Notes: generated from the sequence alone by a model not told the origin. 64,000 nucleotides of DNA from an uncultured delta proteobacterium (GCA_963842085.1 CAWJET010000001.1:1152001-1216000), one strand, 5' to 3'. Counted from the first letter of the stretch, positions 24,201-34,342 are shown. Made by a program: numbers and translations.

Positions 24201-25819
24201 GGATCGATCGGCGGATTCGTCACCTGCGCGAACAACTGTTTGAAGTAGTTGTAAAGCGGCTGGGGTCTGTTCGAGAGGACGGCGAGCGGCGTGTCAGTGC
24301 CCATCGAGCCGACCGGCTCCTGCCCGTTGGTCGCCATCGGCGCGAGGAGCATCTTGAGATCCTCGATCGTATAGCCAAATGACTGCTGCTGCTTGAGCAA
24401 CTCGCCATCTTCGAAGCTGTCAACCTCGGGCGCGCCGTTCGCCTCGGGAAGCGACTCGAGCGTGACCAGGCTGCTGTCGAGCCAGGCGCGATACGGCTGT
24501 CGCGCCGCCATCGACTGCTTGATCTCTTCGTCCTGCACGATTCGACCGAGCGACGTATCGATGAGAAACATACGGCCGGGCTGCAGCCGCCCTTTGAGTG
24601 CGACATTCTCCGGCGCGATGTCGAGCACGCCGGTCTCGGACGCCATCACGACCAGCCCGTCCTTGGTCACGGTGTAGCGCGACGGACGAAGGCCGTTGCG
24701 ATCGAGCACCGCGCCGATCCTGATACCGTCGGTAAACGCGATTGACGCGGGGCCGTCCCACGGTTCCATCATGCACGAGTGAAAATGGTAGAAAGCGCGC
24801 TTGGCGTCGCTCATCTGCGCGTCGTTCTGCCACGCCTCCGGAATCATCATCATCACGGCATGCGGCAGTGAACGTCCGGTGCGCACCAACAGCTCGAGAC
24901 AGTTGTCGAAGGTTGCGGAGTCGCTGCCGTTGGGCTCGACTATGGGCAGCAGCTTCTTGATGTCGTCGCCGAACAGCGGCGAAGAAAAAAGCTTCTCGCG
25001 CGCGTGCATCCAGTTGATATTGCCGCGCAGCGTGTTGATCTCGCCGTTGTGCGACATGAAGCGGTACGGATGCGCGCGGTCCCAGCTTGGGAACGTGTTG
25101 GTCGAGAAGCGCTGATGGACCATCGCGAGCGCGGTCGTGACGGCGCCGTTGCGCAAGTCGGGGAAGAACTGGGGAATTTGCGTCGAGATCAACTGGCCCT
25201 TGTAAACTACGGTCAGGGCCGAGAGGCTGCAGAAATAAAATAATTCCGGATCGAAGAGCCCCAGCTTTTCCGCCTCGGACGTAGCCCGCTTGCGGATTAC
25301 GTACAGCTTGCGCTCGAGCGCTTCGCCGTCGGCCAGGCCGGGGCCGCGCGCGATGAAGACCTGGCGGATTGCGGGCATCCCGCGCCGCGCGATATCGCCG
25401 CAGGCGGATTCGACCACCGGCACGTCGCGCCATCCGAGCAGCTGTTGCCCTTCCTCGTTGACGATTCGCTCGAACGCGTCCTCGCATTCCTTGCGCTTGA
25501 TCGTGTCGAGCGGCAGGAAAACCTGGCCGACGCCGTATTCGCCGGGTGCGGGCAATTCAAAGCCGAGCCGGGCCGCTTCGTGCGAGAAAAAGTCGTGCGG
25601 GATCTGCAGCAGGATTCCGGCGCCGTCGCCGGTGCGCGGATCGCATCCGCACGCACCGCGATGGGTCAGGTTGTCGAGCACCTGCAGCGCCTTGACGACA
25701 ATGTCATGCGAGCGTTCGCCCTTGATGTTGACGACGAAGCCGACGCCGCACGCGTCGTGCTCGTAGGCGGGATCGTAGAGGCCCTGTGCTTCTGGAATGC
25801 TTCGGTGGTTATGCATCAT
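21260..25819 (-). CDS. gltB: glutamate synthase large subunit
   Basis: HDACGVG Ntn cysteine, [32 protein letters not shown] and GXGXG C-terminal repeats. ATG at 25819 overlaps the Lrp stop. Confidence 0.97.
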   Translation of the reverse strand: MMHNHRSIPEAQGLYDPAYEHDACGVGFVVNIKGERSHDIVVKALQVLDNLTHRGACGCDPRTGDGAGILLQIPHDFFSHEAARLGFELPAPGEYGVGQVFLPLDTIKRKECEDAFERIVNEEGQQLLGWRDVPVVESACGDIARRGMPAIRQVFIARGPGLADGEALERKLYVIRKRATSEAEKLGLFDPELFYFCSLSALTVVYKGQLISTQIPQFFPDLRNGAVTTALAMVHQRFSTNTFPSWDRAHPYRFMSHNGEINTLRGNINWMHAREKLFSSPLFGDDIKKLLPIVEPNGSDSATFDNCLELLVRTGRSLPHAVMMMIPEAWQNDAQMSDAKRAFYHFHSCMMEPWDGPASIAFTDGIRIGAVLDRNGLRPSRYTVTKDGLVVMASETGVLDIAPENVALKGRLQPGRMFLIDTSLGRIVQDEEIKQSMAARQPYRAWLDSSLVTLESLPEANGAPEVDSFEDGELLKQQQSFGYTIEDLKMLLAPMATNGQEPVGSMGTDTPLAVLSNRPQPLYNYFKQLFAQVTNPPIDPIREELVTSTETTIGAEDNLFEESPHHCRQLRLKQPILTNEELERIKRLDVEGLRTITLPTLYRVDDGEAGLRAALDALCRGASGAIESGYTIIVLSDRGVNADYAAIPALLATGAVHHHLIREGTRTRAGIVVEAGEPREAMHFCLLVGYGAGAVNPYLAYATMAGMIRSGQLRDIDEDNAVHNFIKAVGKSITKVASKMGISTTQSYRGAQIFEAIGLAKDVIDKYFTWTPSRVAGIGLDAIARETAARHTYAFKVAANLDGDLDVGGQYQWRRAGEFHMYNPNTIARLQHSVRSGSYRLFKEYTRAVDEQSRSLATLRSLLKFNSNRRPVPLEEVEPAAEIVKRFKTGAMSFGSISKEAHENLAIAMNRIGGKSNTGEGGEDPARFVRDANGDWRRSAIKQVASARFGVTSHYLVNADELQIKMAQGAKPGEGGQLPGHKVDDFIAKIRYSTPGVGLISPPPHHDIYSIEDLAQLIHDLKNSNNRARISVKLVAEVGVGTIAAGVAKAKADVVLISGYDGGTGASPLQSIKHAGIPWEMGLAETQQTLVMNGLRGRIHVETDGQLKTGRDVAIAAMLGAEEFGFASAALVASGCIMMRVCHLNTCPVGIATQDPVLREKFTGKPEHVVNFMMFIADELREYMAQLGFRTVAEMVGHVECLDANEAIAHWKARNVDLANILRRPDVGPDEPLHCVELQDHGLDAALDNRIIELAMEALEHREAVEIHLPIRNVNRTVGTMLSAEVSRRFGAEGLPPYTVQIHLKGSAGQSFGAWLAPGVALYLEGDANDYCAKGLSGGFVSVRPPKEATFKAENNIIIGNVALYGATGGEAFFRGVAGERFAVRNSGAHTVVEGVGDHGCEYMTRGLVVVLGKTGRNFAAGMSGGVAYVLDEDGSFASRCNTGMVELGPIGNQDELKQLHALIVRHQQYTQSTVARRILDKWDDDTKKFVKVLPTEYRMVLERQHLNMDSDLARLAAV

Positions 25820-26379
25820 GACACCCGTCTCGGATCCGGCGGCGCGGATTTCGCGGAGCCGTGGCGATGGCGTCTGCCGTTGGCGGGCTCGTGCGAGTCG
25901 CCGTTGGCATGCACCGAAATCAAACCACGCTCGGTATGCGTCGACAGCACCACCATCGTCTCCGTCCGCGCCACTCCCTCGATCGAGCGGATCGCACTGA
26001 TGAGCCGCTCGAGCGACGAAGTGTTTTCGGTTTTGACTTTCAGCAAGAGCGTGTGCTGACCGGTGACGTGATGACATTCGAGCACGTCGTCGAGCAGCGC
26101 GACGGATTCCTCGAACAGCGAAATTGTTTTCGGGTGCGAAACCGACACACCGATAAACGCGGTGACGTCCTTGCCCAGGCGCGTCGCGTCGACGGCGGCG
26201 TGGTAGCCGGTGATGACTCCGCTGTCTTCGAGCTTTTTTACGCGCTCATTGACGGAAGGCGCCGAAAGCCCGACTTGTTCGCCGAGTTTGACGAGCGGAA
26301 TCCTGCCGTGTTCCTGCAGGATACCGATAATCTGCAGGTCGATGGCATCGAGTTCGGGGGAATCTCCGCCGAATTTCAT
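25816..26379 (-). CDS. Lrp/AsnC family transcriptional regulator
   Basis: LDAIDLQII...[19 protein letters not shown] and ECHHVTG RAM domain. Confidence 0.93.
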   Translation of the reverse strand: MKFGGDSPELDAIDLQIIGILQEHGRIPLVKLGEQVGLSAPSVNERVKKLEDSGVITGYHAAVDATRLGKDVTAFIGVSVSHPKTISLFEESVALLDDVLECHHVTGQHTLLLKVKTENTSSLERLISAIRSIEGVARTETMVVLSTHTERGLISVHANGDSHEPANGRRHRHGSAKSAPPDPRRVS

Positions 26380-26405
26380 AAGGTTATCCTCGTCGAGTGG
26401 CGATG

Positions 26406-26434
26406 AACATAGAAGGAAACCAAAATTGTGTCAA
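26406..26434 (-). promoter_or_regulatory. sigma70-type promoter of the lrp-gltB-gltD operon
   Basis: TTGACA-17 nt-TATGTT on the minus strand within an AT-rich upstream region. Confidence 0.65.
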
Positions 26435-26610
26435 GTGTTTATAAGGCTTTGAAAGAATAAAACATAGGTTTGTTCAGGTCAATGCGACGCGCGCCGACGA
26501 AATGTAGGCGGGAGACGGCGATTGCCGATCACCTATATTGAGATTGGCGGATGCAGGCGCGATCGCTCAGGCCTCCCGCCGTTTGCGCCGAAGCCGATTT
26601 TTCGCGTGCG

Positions 26611-27417
26611 CTACTCGCCCTTGAAGTTCGCCGCGCGTTTTTCGACGAAAGATTTCGCGCCCTCGAGATGATCCTGCGACGTGAGCATAAGGTGCTGCCC
26701 GTGGCGCTGGTAATCGAAAAAGTACGGCAGATTTAGATTCAACCCGACGCGCAAAGTCTCCTTCGCCAGGCGCTGCGCGAGCGGTGCCTGCGCCGCGATT
26801 TTTCTCGCGAACGCGGCGGTCGCTTCGCCGAGTTGCGCGTGCGGGACGACCTTGTTCACCATCCCGATTCGCTCGGCCTCGGCGGCGTCGATAATGTCGC
26901 CGCTCAGGATGAGTTCGTAGGCGCGCGCGAGTCCGACCAGGCGGGGCAGCACGAGCAATCCGCCCGCCTCGGGAATCAAGCCGCGCCGGATGAACACCTC
27001 GCCGAAGCGCGCCTGGTCGGAGCACACGCGCATGTCGCACATCAACGCGATGTCGCATCCATAGCCGACGGCCGCGCCGTTGACGGACGCGATAGTCGGC
27101 TTGGGATAGCTGACGAGCAAATCGAGCGCCACGGGACGATGCTCGCGCCATTCCTCGACCAGAGTGCGTTGGGCAGGTTTGGCGTCGCGGAACTCGGGAT
27201 TGAGAAAAATTTCCTTGACGTCGTCACCCGCGCAAAACGCGCGCCCGGCGCCGGTCAGCACGACGACACGCACCCTGTCGTCCGCCTCGGCGTCGCGCAA
27301 CGCGTCGAGCATCTCGTCGTAAGTTTTGATCGTGCAGGCGTTCATCACCTGCGGGCGATTGATCGTGATCGTCGCGACGGCGTCGCGCTTGTCGTAGAGA
27401 ATGTCGCTGTATGGCAT
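26611..27417 (-). CDS. enoyl-CoA hydratase/isomerase family protein
   Basis: INRPQVMNA, AFCAGDD, VNGAAVGYG and PEAGG crotonase motifs. Confidence 0.9.
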   Translation of the reverse strand: MPYSDILYDKRDAVATITINRPQVMNACTIKTYDEMLDALRDAEADDRVRVVVLTGAGRAFCAGDDVKEIFLNPEFRDAKPAQRTLVEEWREHRPVALDLLVSYPKPTIASVNGAAVGYGCDIALMCDMRVCSDQARFGEVFIRRGLIPEAGGLLVLPRLVGLARAYELILSGDIIDAAEAERIGMVNKVVPHAQLGEATAAFARKIAAQAPLAQRLAKETLRVGLNLNLPYFFDYQRHGQHLMLTSQDHLEGAKSFVEKRAANFKGE

Positions 27418-27501
27418 GGCGATAGCTCCTCAAGCGATTGCAGATATGTGAGCTATTTCAAATCGCGGAAATTTTGGCAATGCGGCGCGGCCAGCCACCA
27501 A

Positions 27502-28941
27502 CTACGAATGCGGATAGGCGTCGCTTCCCATCTCGAGCGCATCGAGCCCCGACCATTCCACTTCCACCAGCACGCGGTTGCCGACCGTGCGCTCGACGAT
27601 CTTGAAGAACACGATCGCAAGCCCGAATACCACGATGAGATTGACGGTAACGCCGATCAACTGGGCGAAAAATTGGCCCGCGTCGCCGTAAAGCAGGCCG
27701 CGCACAGGTCCCGCGACACCGTTCCATCCGTCGCCGTAGGTGCCGTCGGCAAACAGACCGAGCGCCAGCGCGCCCCACAATCCGCACGCGCCGTGCACGG
27801 CGACCGCGCCGACGGGATCGTCGATTCGAAAGCGGCGCTCCAGCTCAAGCACGGCCCAGACGACCAGCAGTCCCGCGACGGTGCCGATGAGAACGGCCGC
27901 CGCCGGCGTTACGAATGCGCATGGCGCGGTGATCGCGACGAGTCCGCCCAGCAGGCCATTGCAGGCTATCGCGATGTCGGGTTTGTTGTAGCGATGCCAT
28001 AGAAAGAGCAGTGCCGCGAGCGCGCCGGCCGCCGAGGAGAGCATCGTGTTCACCCCGATAATCGCGATGCGGGAATCTGTGGCGGCGAGCGATGAGCCGC
28101 AATTGAAGCCGAACCATCCGAACGCGAGAATCAACGTTCCGCTCACGGCCATCGGCAGGTTATGTCCGGGTAACGCGCCGATAGCGCCGTCGCGCCGGAA
28201 CTTTCCGATGCGCGGACCCAACATGTAAGCGCCGGCGAGCCCGGCTATTCCGCCCGTCATGTGCACCACCGACGAACCCGCGAAATCCAGATGGCCGTGG
28301 CCGAGGCCCAGGTTCACGCCGAGCTGCGAGAGCCATCCTCCGCCCCATACCCAGTTGCCATACAACGGATACAGGAACATCGAGATGAACAATCCATAGA
28401 TGAAGAACGCCTTGAACTTCCATCGTTCCGCCATCGCGCCGGTCGGAATGGTCGCGGCGGTGTCCATGAAGACGACCGAGAACAAAAACATGCCGAGGCT
28501 GGCGGGATCGCGGCTGACGTTGAGCAGTGCGAACTTGCTGAACCCGAGGATGCCGTAGGAATGCGCGCCGATCGTGATCGACAGCTCGCGATGGCCGATT
28601 GCGGCCATGCCGAGCGAGGGCCAGTGCGCGACCCCGCCCATCATGAACGCATAGCCGGTGAGCCAGAACCCGATGATGCCGATCGGGTAGATGATCAAGT
28701 TCATCGCCATCGTGTTGACCGCGTTCTTGGAGCGGGTGAACCCCGTCTCCACCATCGCGAATCCGAGCTGCATGAACATCACGAGGAACCCGGCCACCAG
28801 CAGCCACGCGAGGTTCAGCGAATTGTCCAGCGGCGGCGACGACGCCAAGGTCTGCGCGCGCGCCACTGACGAGAACGAAAGTAACGCCAGCGCAGCAACA
28901 ATGGCGGCGGTCAATCCGAGTTGCGATCGTCTCGGCATCAT
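27502..28941 (-). CDS. amt: ammonium transporter (Amt family)
   Basis: FMQLGFAMVETG, GAMAER, DFAGSSVVH, GWFGFN, IDDPVGAVAVHG and C-terminal GLD..AY motifs; signal peptide. ATG at 28941 overlaps the kinase stop. Confidence 0.95.
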   Translation of the reverse strand: MMPRRSQLGLTAAIVAALALLSFSSVARAQTLASSPPLDNSLNLAWLLVAGFLVMFMQLGFAMVETGFTRSKNAVNTMAMNLIIYPIGIIGFWLTGYAFMMGGVAHWPSLGMAAIGHRELSITIGAHSYGILGFSKFALLNVSRDPASLGMFLFSVVFMDTAATIPTGAMAERWKFKAFFIYGLFISMFLYPLYGNWVWGGGWLSQLGVNLGLGHGHLDFAGSSVVHMTGGIAGLAGAYMLGPRIGKFRRDGAIGALPGHNLPMAVSGTLILAFGWFGFNCGSSLAATDSRIAIIGVNTMLSSAAGALAALLFLWHRYNKPDIAIACNGLLGGLVAITAPCAFVTPAAAVLIGTVAGLLVVWAVLELERRFRIDDPVGAVAVHGACGLWGALALGLFADGTYGDGWNGVAGPVRGLLYGDAGQFFAQLIGVTVNLIVVFGLAIVFFKIVERTVGNRVLVEVEWSGLDALEMGSDAYPHS

Positions 28942-29954
28942 CTCACCTGCCCTCGATATGACCGGCGCGGTGCAGTCGGCGCGGCCGGGTAACGGTTTGC
29001 CAGCCAAATCAGAAATACAAAGATCCCGATGAGCGAGGTGAAGAACGCCACGTACCCAAGCGTACGGCGCATCCGCTGCATCGCGAGGCTGCGCGGATGG
29101 AGGCGCTGCGCGCGGCCCTTGGGAACGACGCGCGACGGATCGCGCAGGTCCTCGAGCATCGCAGCCGCGGTCGCGTAGCGATCGCGCGGATTGCGCTCGA
29201 TCGCGTGCAGGACGATCTCCTCGAGATGCTGATCGAGATCGGGCTTGAACGCGGTCGGCGGCTGCGGATCTTCGGCGGTCTTCGAGCGCATCACGGTGTA
29301 GACGTTGGGACCCGAGTACGGCAGGTGGCCGGTCAGCATCTCGTACAGAATCACGCCCAACGAATAGATGTCGGTGCGGACGTCGCCGCGCCGGCCGCTG
29401 ACCTGTTCGGGCGCCATGTAGTCGGGCGTGCCGATGGTCGACGACAGGCCGGACCACGTCAGCCGCCGCGCGGATTCGTCGAGTGCGATGCCAAAGTCCA
29501 TGATTTTAGTCTTGCCCGCGGCGGTCACCAGGACGTTTTCCGGCTTCAGATCGCGATGCACCACGCCTTCGCCGTGCATATACACCAGCGTCTCCGCCAA
29601 CTGGCGCGCGAGACCGAGCGCCTTCTCCACCGGCAGCCCGCCATCGCTTCGCATGATGGCGCGCAGCGACTCGCCCTCGACGTACTCCATCGCGATGTAC
29701 ATCCGGCTTTTGCGCCTGGGGGTGAGGACCTTGATGATGCCGGGATGGTTGAGGCGGCGCCCGACTTCTTCTTCGCGCTGAAAGCGGCCGTAGAAGACCA
29801 CGTCGCTCTCGAACTGCATGTAGGGCACTTTGATCGCGACGGTCGCGCCGCCGATCTGATCGATGGCTTTGAAGATCGACGCCATCCCGCTGCGCGCGAT
29901 CACCTCGATCAATTTGTACTGATCGAGGTTTTCACCAACGCTGACCTCGCGCAT
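28938..29954 (-). CDS. Hanks-type Ser/Thr protein kinase with C-terminal membrane anchor
   Basis: VAIK, HRDLKPEN, DFG, GTPDYMAPE and DIYSLG motifs; one hydrophobic helix near the C-terminus. Confidence 0.95.
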   Translation of the reverse strand: MREVSVGENLDQYKLIEVIARSGMASIFKAIDQIGGATVAIKVPYMQFESDVVFYGRFQREEEVGRRLNHPGIIKVLTPRRKSRMYIAMEYVEGESLRAIMRSDGGLPVEKALGLARQLAETLVYMHGEGVVHRDLKPENVLVTAAGKTKIMDFGIALDESARRLTWSGLSSTIGTPDYMAPEQVSGRRGDVRTDIYSLGVILYEMLTGHLPYSGPNVYTVMRSKTAEDPQPPTAFKPDLDQHLEEIVLHAIERNPRDRYATAAAMLEDLRDPSRVVPKGRAQRLHPRSLAMQRMRRTLGYVAFFTSLIGIFVFLIWLANRYPAAPTAPRRSYRGQVR

Positions 29955-30041
29955 CTTTCGGACCGTCTGGGGAAAAGGCGGTCAGCGGACGTTAACACCC
30001 GGCACGCCGGCAATGGAAGGGGACGGCGGCGTCCGGATGAC

Positions 30042-30869
30042 TCATCGCCCGAACAATCCTCGAATTCGATCGCGCCATCCGCCGGTGCTCGCCGTATGCC
30101 CCGTATGCGACGTCATTCTGAAGACCGCACAGGTCAGATTGTCAGCGGTACCGCGCTGGTTGGCCGTATCGATCAGGCTCCGGCAGGCCGTCTCGGCGTC
30201 AACCTCGCGTGTCAGCGATTCGAGTTCCTCCGCGTCGAGCACGTTGTAGAGTCCGTCGCTGCACAATATCAGGCGGTCGTGCTCCAGCAGCGGCAGCGTG
30301 ATCCGATCGATCGACGCTATCAACTCGCGCCCGAGGCTGCGCAGCAGCATCCCACGCTCAGGATGAGTCTTTGCGCGCGCCGCCGTCATCATGCCCATCC
30401 TGACCTTGTCGGCGACCATCGTGTGATCCTTGGTGACAACTGAGATTTGGCTGTGACGAATCAGATGCAGCCGGCAATCTCCGATGTGCACCGCCGACAA
30501 TATCCCCTTCTCCACCGCAACCGCGGTCATCGTGGTCGCCATGCGGCCCAGTTCCGGCACCGTCAGCGCCTTGTCGTGAATCCCGATGTTGGCCCGCGTG
30601 ATCGCGCGATAGAGCCGCTTGGCGGCGCCCCACTCCGGCGGGCTCTCGCGGTAAGCTTCGAGCGTTATGTCGATCGCCATGCGGCTGGCGATTTCGCCGC
30701 CTTCGTAGCCGCCGACGCCGTCGGCAACCGCAAACACCACGCTGTCGGGACTCTCGATGAAATGCCCGCACGAATCTTCATTGTCGGGGCGCGTTGTACC
30801 TACGTCGGACAGCAGCGCCAACTCGAAAGCCTGCTCCACGGCTGGGGGAGCGGACGGCGGCGAATCCAT
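30042..30869 (-). CDS. PP2C/PPM-family Ser/Thr phosphatase
   Basis: RPDNED, VADGVGG, HIGDCR, LCSDGL and DNLT motifs. Confidence 0.95.
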   Translation of the reverse strand: MDSPPSAPPAVEQAFELALLSDVGTTRPDNEDSCGHFIESPDSVVFAVADGVGGYEGGEIASRMAIDITLEAYRESPPEWGAAKRLYRAITRANIGIHDKALTVPELGRMATTMTAVAVEKGILSAVHIGDCRLHLIRHSQISVVTKDHTMVADKVRMGMMTAARAKTHPERGMLLRSLGRELIASIDRITLPLLEHDRLILCSDGLYNVLDAEELESLTREVDAETACRSLIDTANQRGTADNLTCAVFRMTSHTGHTASTGGWRDRIRGLFGR

Positions 30870-30992
30870 TTGCAGTGCGTTACCCAGAACTAACTTGGCC
30901 TTGAAGTGAAAGTTGTTTCAAACGGCCAAGGGGCGAGCCGCGATCGCTCGCGGCTCGCCCCACGGATTTATTCGCCAAGCCAACTGTTGGGA

Positions 30993-32651
30993 TTAGGCCG
31001 GCTTGGTTACGAGAATCGTCTCCTTGCCCTTCTTCTTCGAGTTACGTACGAAGTAAATCCATCCGTAGATTCCCCAAACGATCGACAGCACCACCGCGAT
31101 GATCGGCTCCTTCCAACTACCGAGCCCTTCGATTGGCCCGATGATATAGAACGCCATGCAGGCGAAGTTCGCGAGCGCGCCGAATACCGGCACCACCATG
31201 TGCTTGAAGCCGTTGAACTCGTCATGCTCGCGGAAGGCTACGATGCAGATGACGTTAGTCAGACCGTAGAGCCCGAACGTTCCGAAGTTGGAAATCAGCG
31301 TCACCAGCGAGAGCCCGTTTGGGAGCGAGGCCAAGGTCGCGTTCGAGCCGATGCCCAGCGCATACCAGACGGTGTGCGGCAGCGCAGCGATGGTCTTGTC
31401 GTCGGGAGCTGCGGGCCCGCAGAAGAAGAACAGCGCGGCGAACGCGCCCAGGATTGCCGAGATCGTCGCGAGCGTCCAAATCGCGCGATGCGGCGTCAGG
31501 TTCTCGCCGTGCAGCATGCCGAAGTGTTCCGGCACTTCTTCGTCGCGGCCCATCGCGTAGGTCACGCGCGCCCCGGTGTTGATGCAGCTCAGGGTAGTGC
31601 CGATCAGCGCCAGGAACACTGTCAGCGCTTCGAGCAGCATGAACGCTTGGCCGTGTCCGCTGAGCAGGGTGTTTCCGATGATGACCATCATATCGCCGAT
31701 TGGCGCGGCCGAGCCTTTCGCGTCGGCCAGGCTGTAGGCGCTGTTCATGAAGTAATTCGCGGCGAAGTATTCGATCAGGTACATGAACAGGCACTGGATC
31801 GTGATCGACAGCAACACGCCACGCGGAATATCCTTCTTGGGGTTTATGGCCTCCTCTCCGAGCGAAGTGATCGACTCGAAGCCGACCAGCAGCAGGATTG
31901 CGATCGTCGCTTGCAGCATCAGCCAGTTGAAATTGTGCGGCAGGATCACCGAGAGCGCGCCTGGATGCGCCGGCGCGTCGCCGCTGAACGTGTAATGCAG
32001 CACCTTGCTGGTGCCATCGAGAGCCATGCCGGTGGACCCATCGGGGTGTCCAAACCGGTAAGCAATCGCAAGCGCCGAGAAAAAAAGCAGCGCGACAATC
32101 TGGATCGCGTTGATCGCAATATTGACATTCGTGGACCCGACCACGCCCCGGTATGCGATCCAGGCCACAAAGTACGCGAAAATTATCGCAATCAGTGCCA
32201 TGAAAACCGGGCCCGGGATCGCCGCATTCATATAGTTGGGAGCTATGCTGCCGACGATATAGCCGATCATGATGCCCATCGTCGCCACCATCACGCCGGG
32301 GTAAACCCAATAGTAAAGGTGCGATGACCAGCCAGTGACGAACTTCGCGATTCGGGCGAACCTGTACGCATGTGTGGTATTGAGAAACGCCTTCTCCGCG
32401 AAAAGGTACGAGCTACCCGCCCCTGGATAGAGCTTGGCGAGCTCCGCGTAGGAGATCGCGGTCGCGTAGGCAAGTACTATGGCGAAGAAGATTCCTGCCC
32501 ACATCGCCATGCCGGACGGGTACGCGTAACCGGCTTGGACTACGAACGTGATCCACAGGAACGCGCCCGGCGCGATCAACGCCATCGCGTTCACCGTCAC
32601 CCCGGTCAATCCCAGGGTCGGTTTCATCTTGGGTTCTGTTGCTTCGGCCAT
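30993..32651 (-). CDS. APC-family amino acid/amine permease
   Basis: About 12 hydrophobic segments; YAELA..YPGAGSSY, VGFES..LGEEA.NPKKDIP and GARVTYAMGRD motifs. Confidence 0.92.
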   Translation of the reverse strand: MAEATEPKMKPTLGLTGVTVNAMALIAPGAFLWITFVVQAGYAYPSGMAMWAGIFFAIVLAYATAISYAELAKLYPGAGSSYLFAEKAFLNTTHAYRFARIAKFVTGWSSHLYYWVYPGVMVATMGIMIGYIVGSIAPNYMNAAIPGPVFMALIAIIFAYFVAWIAYRGVVGSTNVNIAINAIQIVALLFFSALAIAYRFGHPDGSTGMALDGTSKVLHYTFSGDAPAHPGALSVILPHNFNWLMLQATIAILLLVGFESITSLGEEAINPKKDIPRGVLLSITIQCLFMYLIEYFAANYFMNSAYSLADAKGSAAPIGDMMVIIGNTLLSGHGQAFMLLEALTVFLALIGTTLSCINTGARVTYAMGRDEEVPEHFGMLHGENLTPHRAIWTLATISAILGAFAALFFFCGPAAPDDKTIAALPHTVWYALGIGSNATLASLPNGLSLVTLISNFGTFGLYGLTNVICIVAFREHDEFNGFKHMVVPVFGALANFACMAFYIIGPIEGLGSWKEPIIAVVLSIVWGIYGWIYFVRNSKKKGKETILVTKPA

Positions 32652-32740
32652 CTTGCCTCCTTCAATTCATTCGGCGCAGCGGTTGTCCGCCGCATCCGCG
32701 TGCGGCGCTCCTGTTACGGGCAGGAGCGAACGATGCAGAA

Positions 32741-32756
32741 AGCACGAAAAGTGCCA
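32741..32756 (-). promoter_or_regulatory. sigma54 (-24/-12) promoter of the permease-phosphatase-kinase-amt cluster
   Basis: Minus strand reads TGGCAC-TTTTC-GTGCT (exact GG-N10-GC), about 90 nt upstream of the permease start. Confidence 0.75.
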
Positions 32757-32797
32757 TTTCAAAATCGAGTGAGTATTGATGAAAAATGCAATGCGCC

Positions 32798-32833
32798 TGC
32801 CCAAACGATAGGCATTCGCCTATCGGTCGGTCA
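32798..32833. promoter_or_regulatory. candidate NtrC-like enhancer pair, or terminator hairpin of the upstream gene
   Basis: TGCCCAAACGATAGGCA (TGC-N11-GCA) plus an inverted related copy CGCCTATCGGTCGGTCA. Confidence 0.45.
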
Positions 32834-34342
32834 TCAGTGCGCGCTAGCAGGAATTCCGACCGCCACCATCAATAGGGGACTCTTCCCCGCCGCGTGCGGC
32901 TCGAAGAATTTGGTCGTGTCGTCGTCGTAAAAAGTGAGTCCGGTCGCGCCGCGGCCGAGCGAATATGCCGCGAGATAGGCCCGGCCACCGAGAATTCCGG
33001 CCTCGAGATGCGCGTCGCCGTAGCCGCGATTTCCCAAGGCGCGCAGCACGCGCTCGAGCTCGGCCATGTACACCACTAGGGCAGAACAATCCATTCCGAG
33101 CGGCTGCTCGAGGCACAAATACCCGGCCTCACCGCGGAAGTTGCCTGCCTTCAGCAACTCGAACACGCGCGCATCCCGGTCGTAATAGTATGCTCCGGGT
33201 TCCAGCCCTTCCGCTGCGTTGACGATCAGGTAAGTGTCGGTCAACCGCGGAAAGTCGGCCTGCGGATGTTCGCTTGAGGCGGCCATGATCGTCGCGAGTT
33301 CTTCGGCGGTAATCGCGTCCTGGGCGAATGCCCGCGACGATCCTCGGCGGATGATCGTCTCGCCGAGTCCCCTGGAATCTTCCGCGGCTATCGTTTCGAA
33401 ACGTAGCGCACTCGTGCTCGACGACGGCGGAGCCGAATCCAGTTGCGCAGCCGAAAGCGTAGCGACCGCATCGGTCGTGAGCAGCCGCGATTCGCTATGC
33501 ATCTTGACGAGGTCCGGGTACGCGACCTCCTTCGACGAAAGCGGAATCGACTCGAGCGTCAACGGCCCGATCTCAGGCGATGGTCCAGCGGGTTCATCGG
33601 TGCGCCCGAGCGCGACCAGCGCGATCATGCCCTCGCGCTCGCCGTCGATTCCGAGCAACGCCTCGAGCGCCGGATCCTCGAACGCGGTGATCACTTCGGC
33701 GGAAATTTCCTCGGCCGCGGCAGCCGCGAGCAGATTCGCAAGCAGCGTTCCCGCGTCCCAATAGCAATAGCGGTACGCGCGCGCGCGATATTTCCACTCG
33801 CTGCGCCAGTAAATCGCCGACAATGCGAGCACGGCTCTCGCGCGCCTAATCGACGGGCGCCTCGCAGCCGCGTCCGCAATGTAACCACGCCAATCGCCGC
33901 GCCGCAGCCCGGCCATCCGCAAATCCGCGGGTGAAAAGTGGTAAAGGCCCGCCTCGAGGCCCTCAACGTTGCCGGCAGCCGCATAAATCTCGATCGGATA
34001 CAGGGCGCCCGCAGACGGCGCGGCGCGGAAATGATAGTCGTCGGCGCCCACCCGCTTGTGCCGGGTCAGGCCGTTGGCACAGAACAAGATTCGCGTCAGC
34101 GCCGCCGTATCAATCGATGCGGAAAAATCCGCCGGCACGTGCGACGAAAGCGCCGACAGCGTCGGCGTCGCGGAAAGGTTCAGATCGCGCGGCAAAGCGA
34201 CCGACGCGGCTCCGGGATAAATCTTGTAGGGGAGCGGCTTGATGTCCCAATCGAGAAAATGCGGCGACGAACGCACGCTGGTGTACGAATGCTTGGTGAT
34301 TTCGTGAAAAACGCGCGCCGCTTCGATGTAATCGTTGCCCAA
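32834..34342 (-). CDS. SagB/ThcOx-like tandem nitroreductase-domain FMN dehydrogenase
   Basis: RAAPSAGALYP, YRARAYRY..DAG and a second RRGSSRAF repeat; TTG start with RBS. Confidence 0.85.
   Translation of the reverse strand: MGNDYIEAARVFHEITKHSYTSVRSSPHFLDWDIKPLPYKIYPGAASVALPRDLNLSATPTLSALSSHVPADFSASIDTAALTRILFCANGLTRHKRVGADDYHFRAAPSAGALYPIEIYAAAGNVEGLEAGLYHFSPADLRMAGLRRGDWRGYIADAAARRPSIRRARAVLALSAIYWRSEWKYRARAYRYCYWDAGTLLANLLAAAAAEEISAEVITAFEDPALEALLGIDGEREGMIALVALGRTDEPAGPSPEIGPLTLESIPLSSKEVAYPDLVKMHSESRLLTTDAVATLSAAQLDSAPPSSSTSALRFETIAAEDSRGLGETIIRRGSSRAFAQDAITAEELATIMAASSEHPQADFPRLTDTYLIVNAAEGLEPGAYYYDRDARVFELLKAGNFRGEAGYLCLEQPLGMDCSALVVYMAELERVLRALGNRGYGDAHLEAGILGGRAYLAAYSLGRGATGLTFYDDDTTKFFEPHAAGKSPLLMVAVGIPASAH

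Noticed and set aside
32834-34342. RiPP (azole-containing peptide) cluster around the SagB-like dehydrogenase
   Set aside because: No YcaO, E1-like protein or precursor peptide adjacent; stand-alone SagB-like genes are common.
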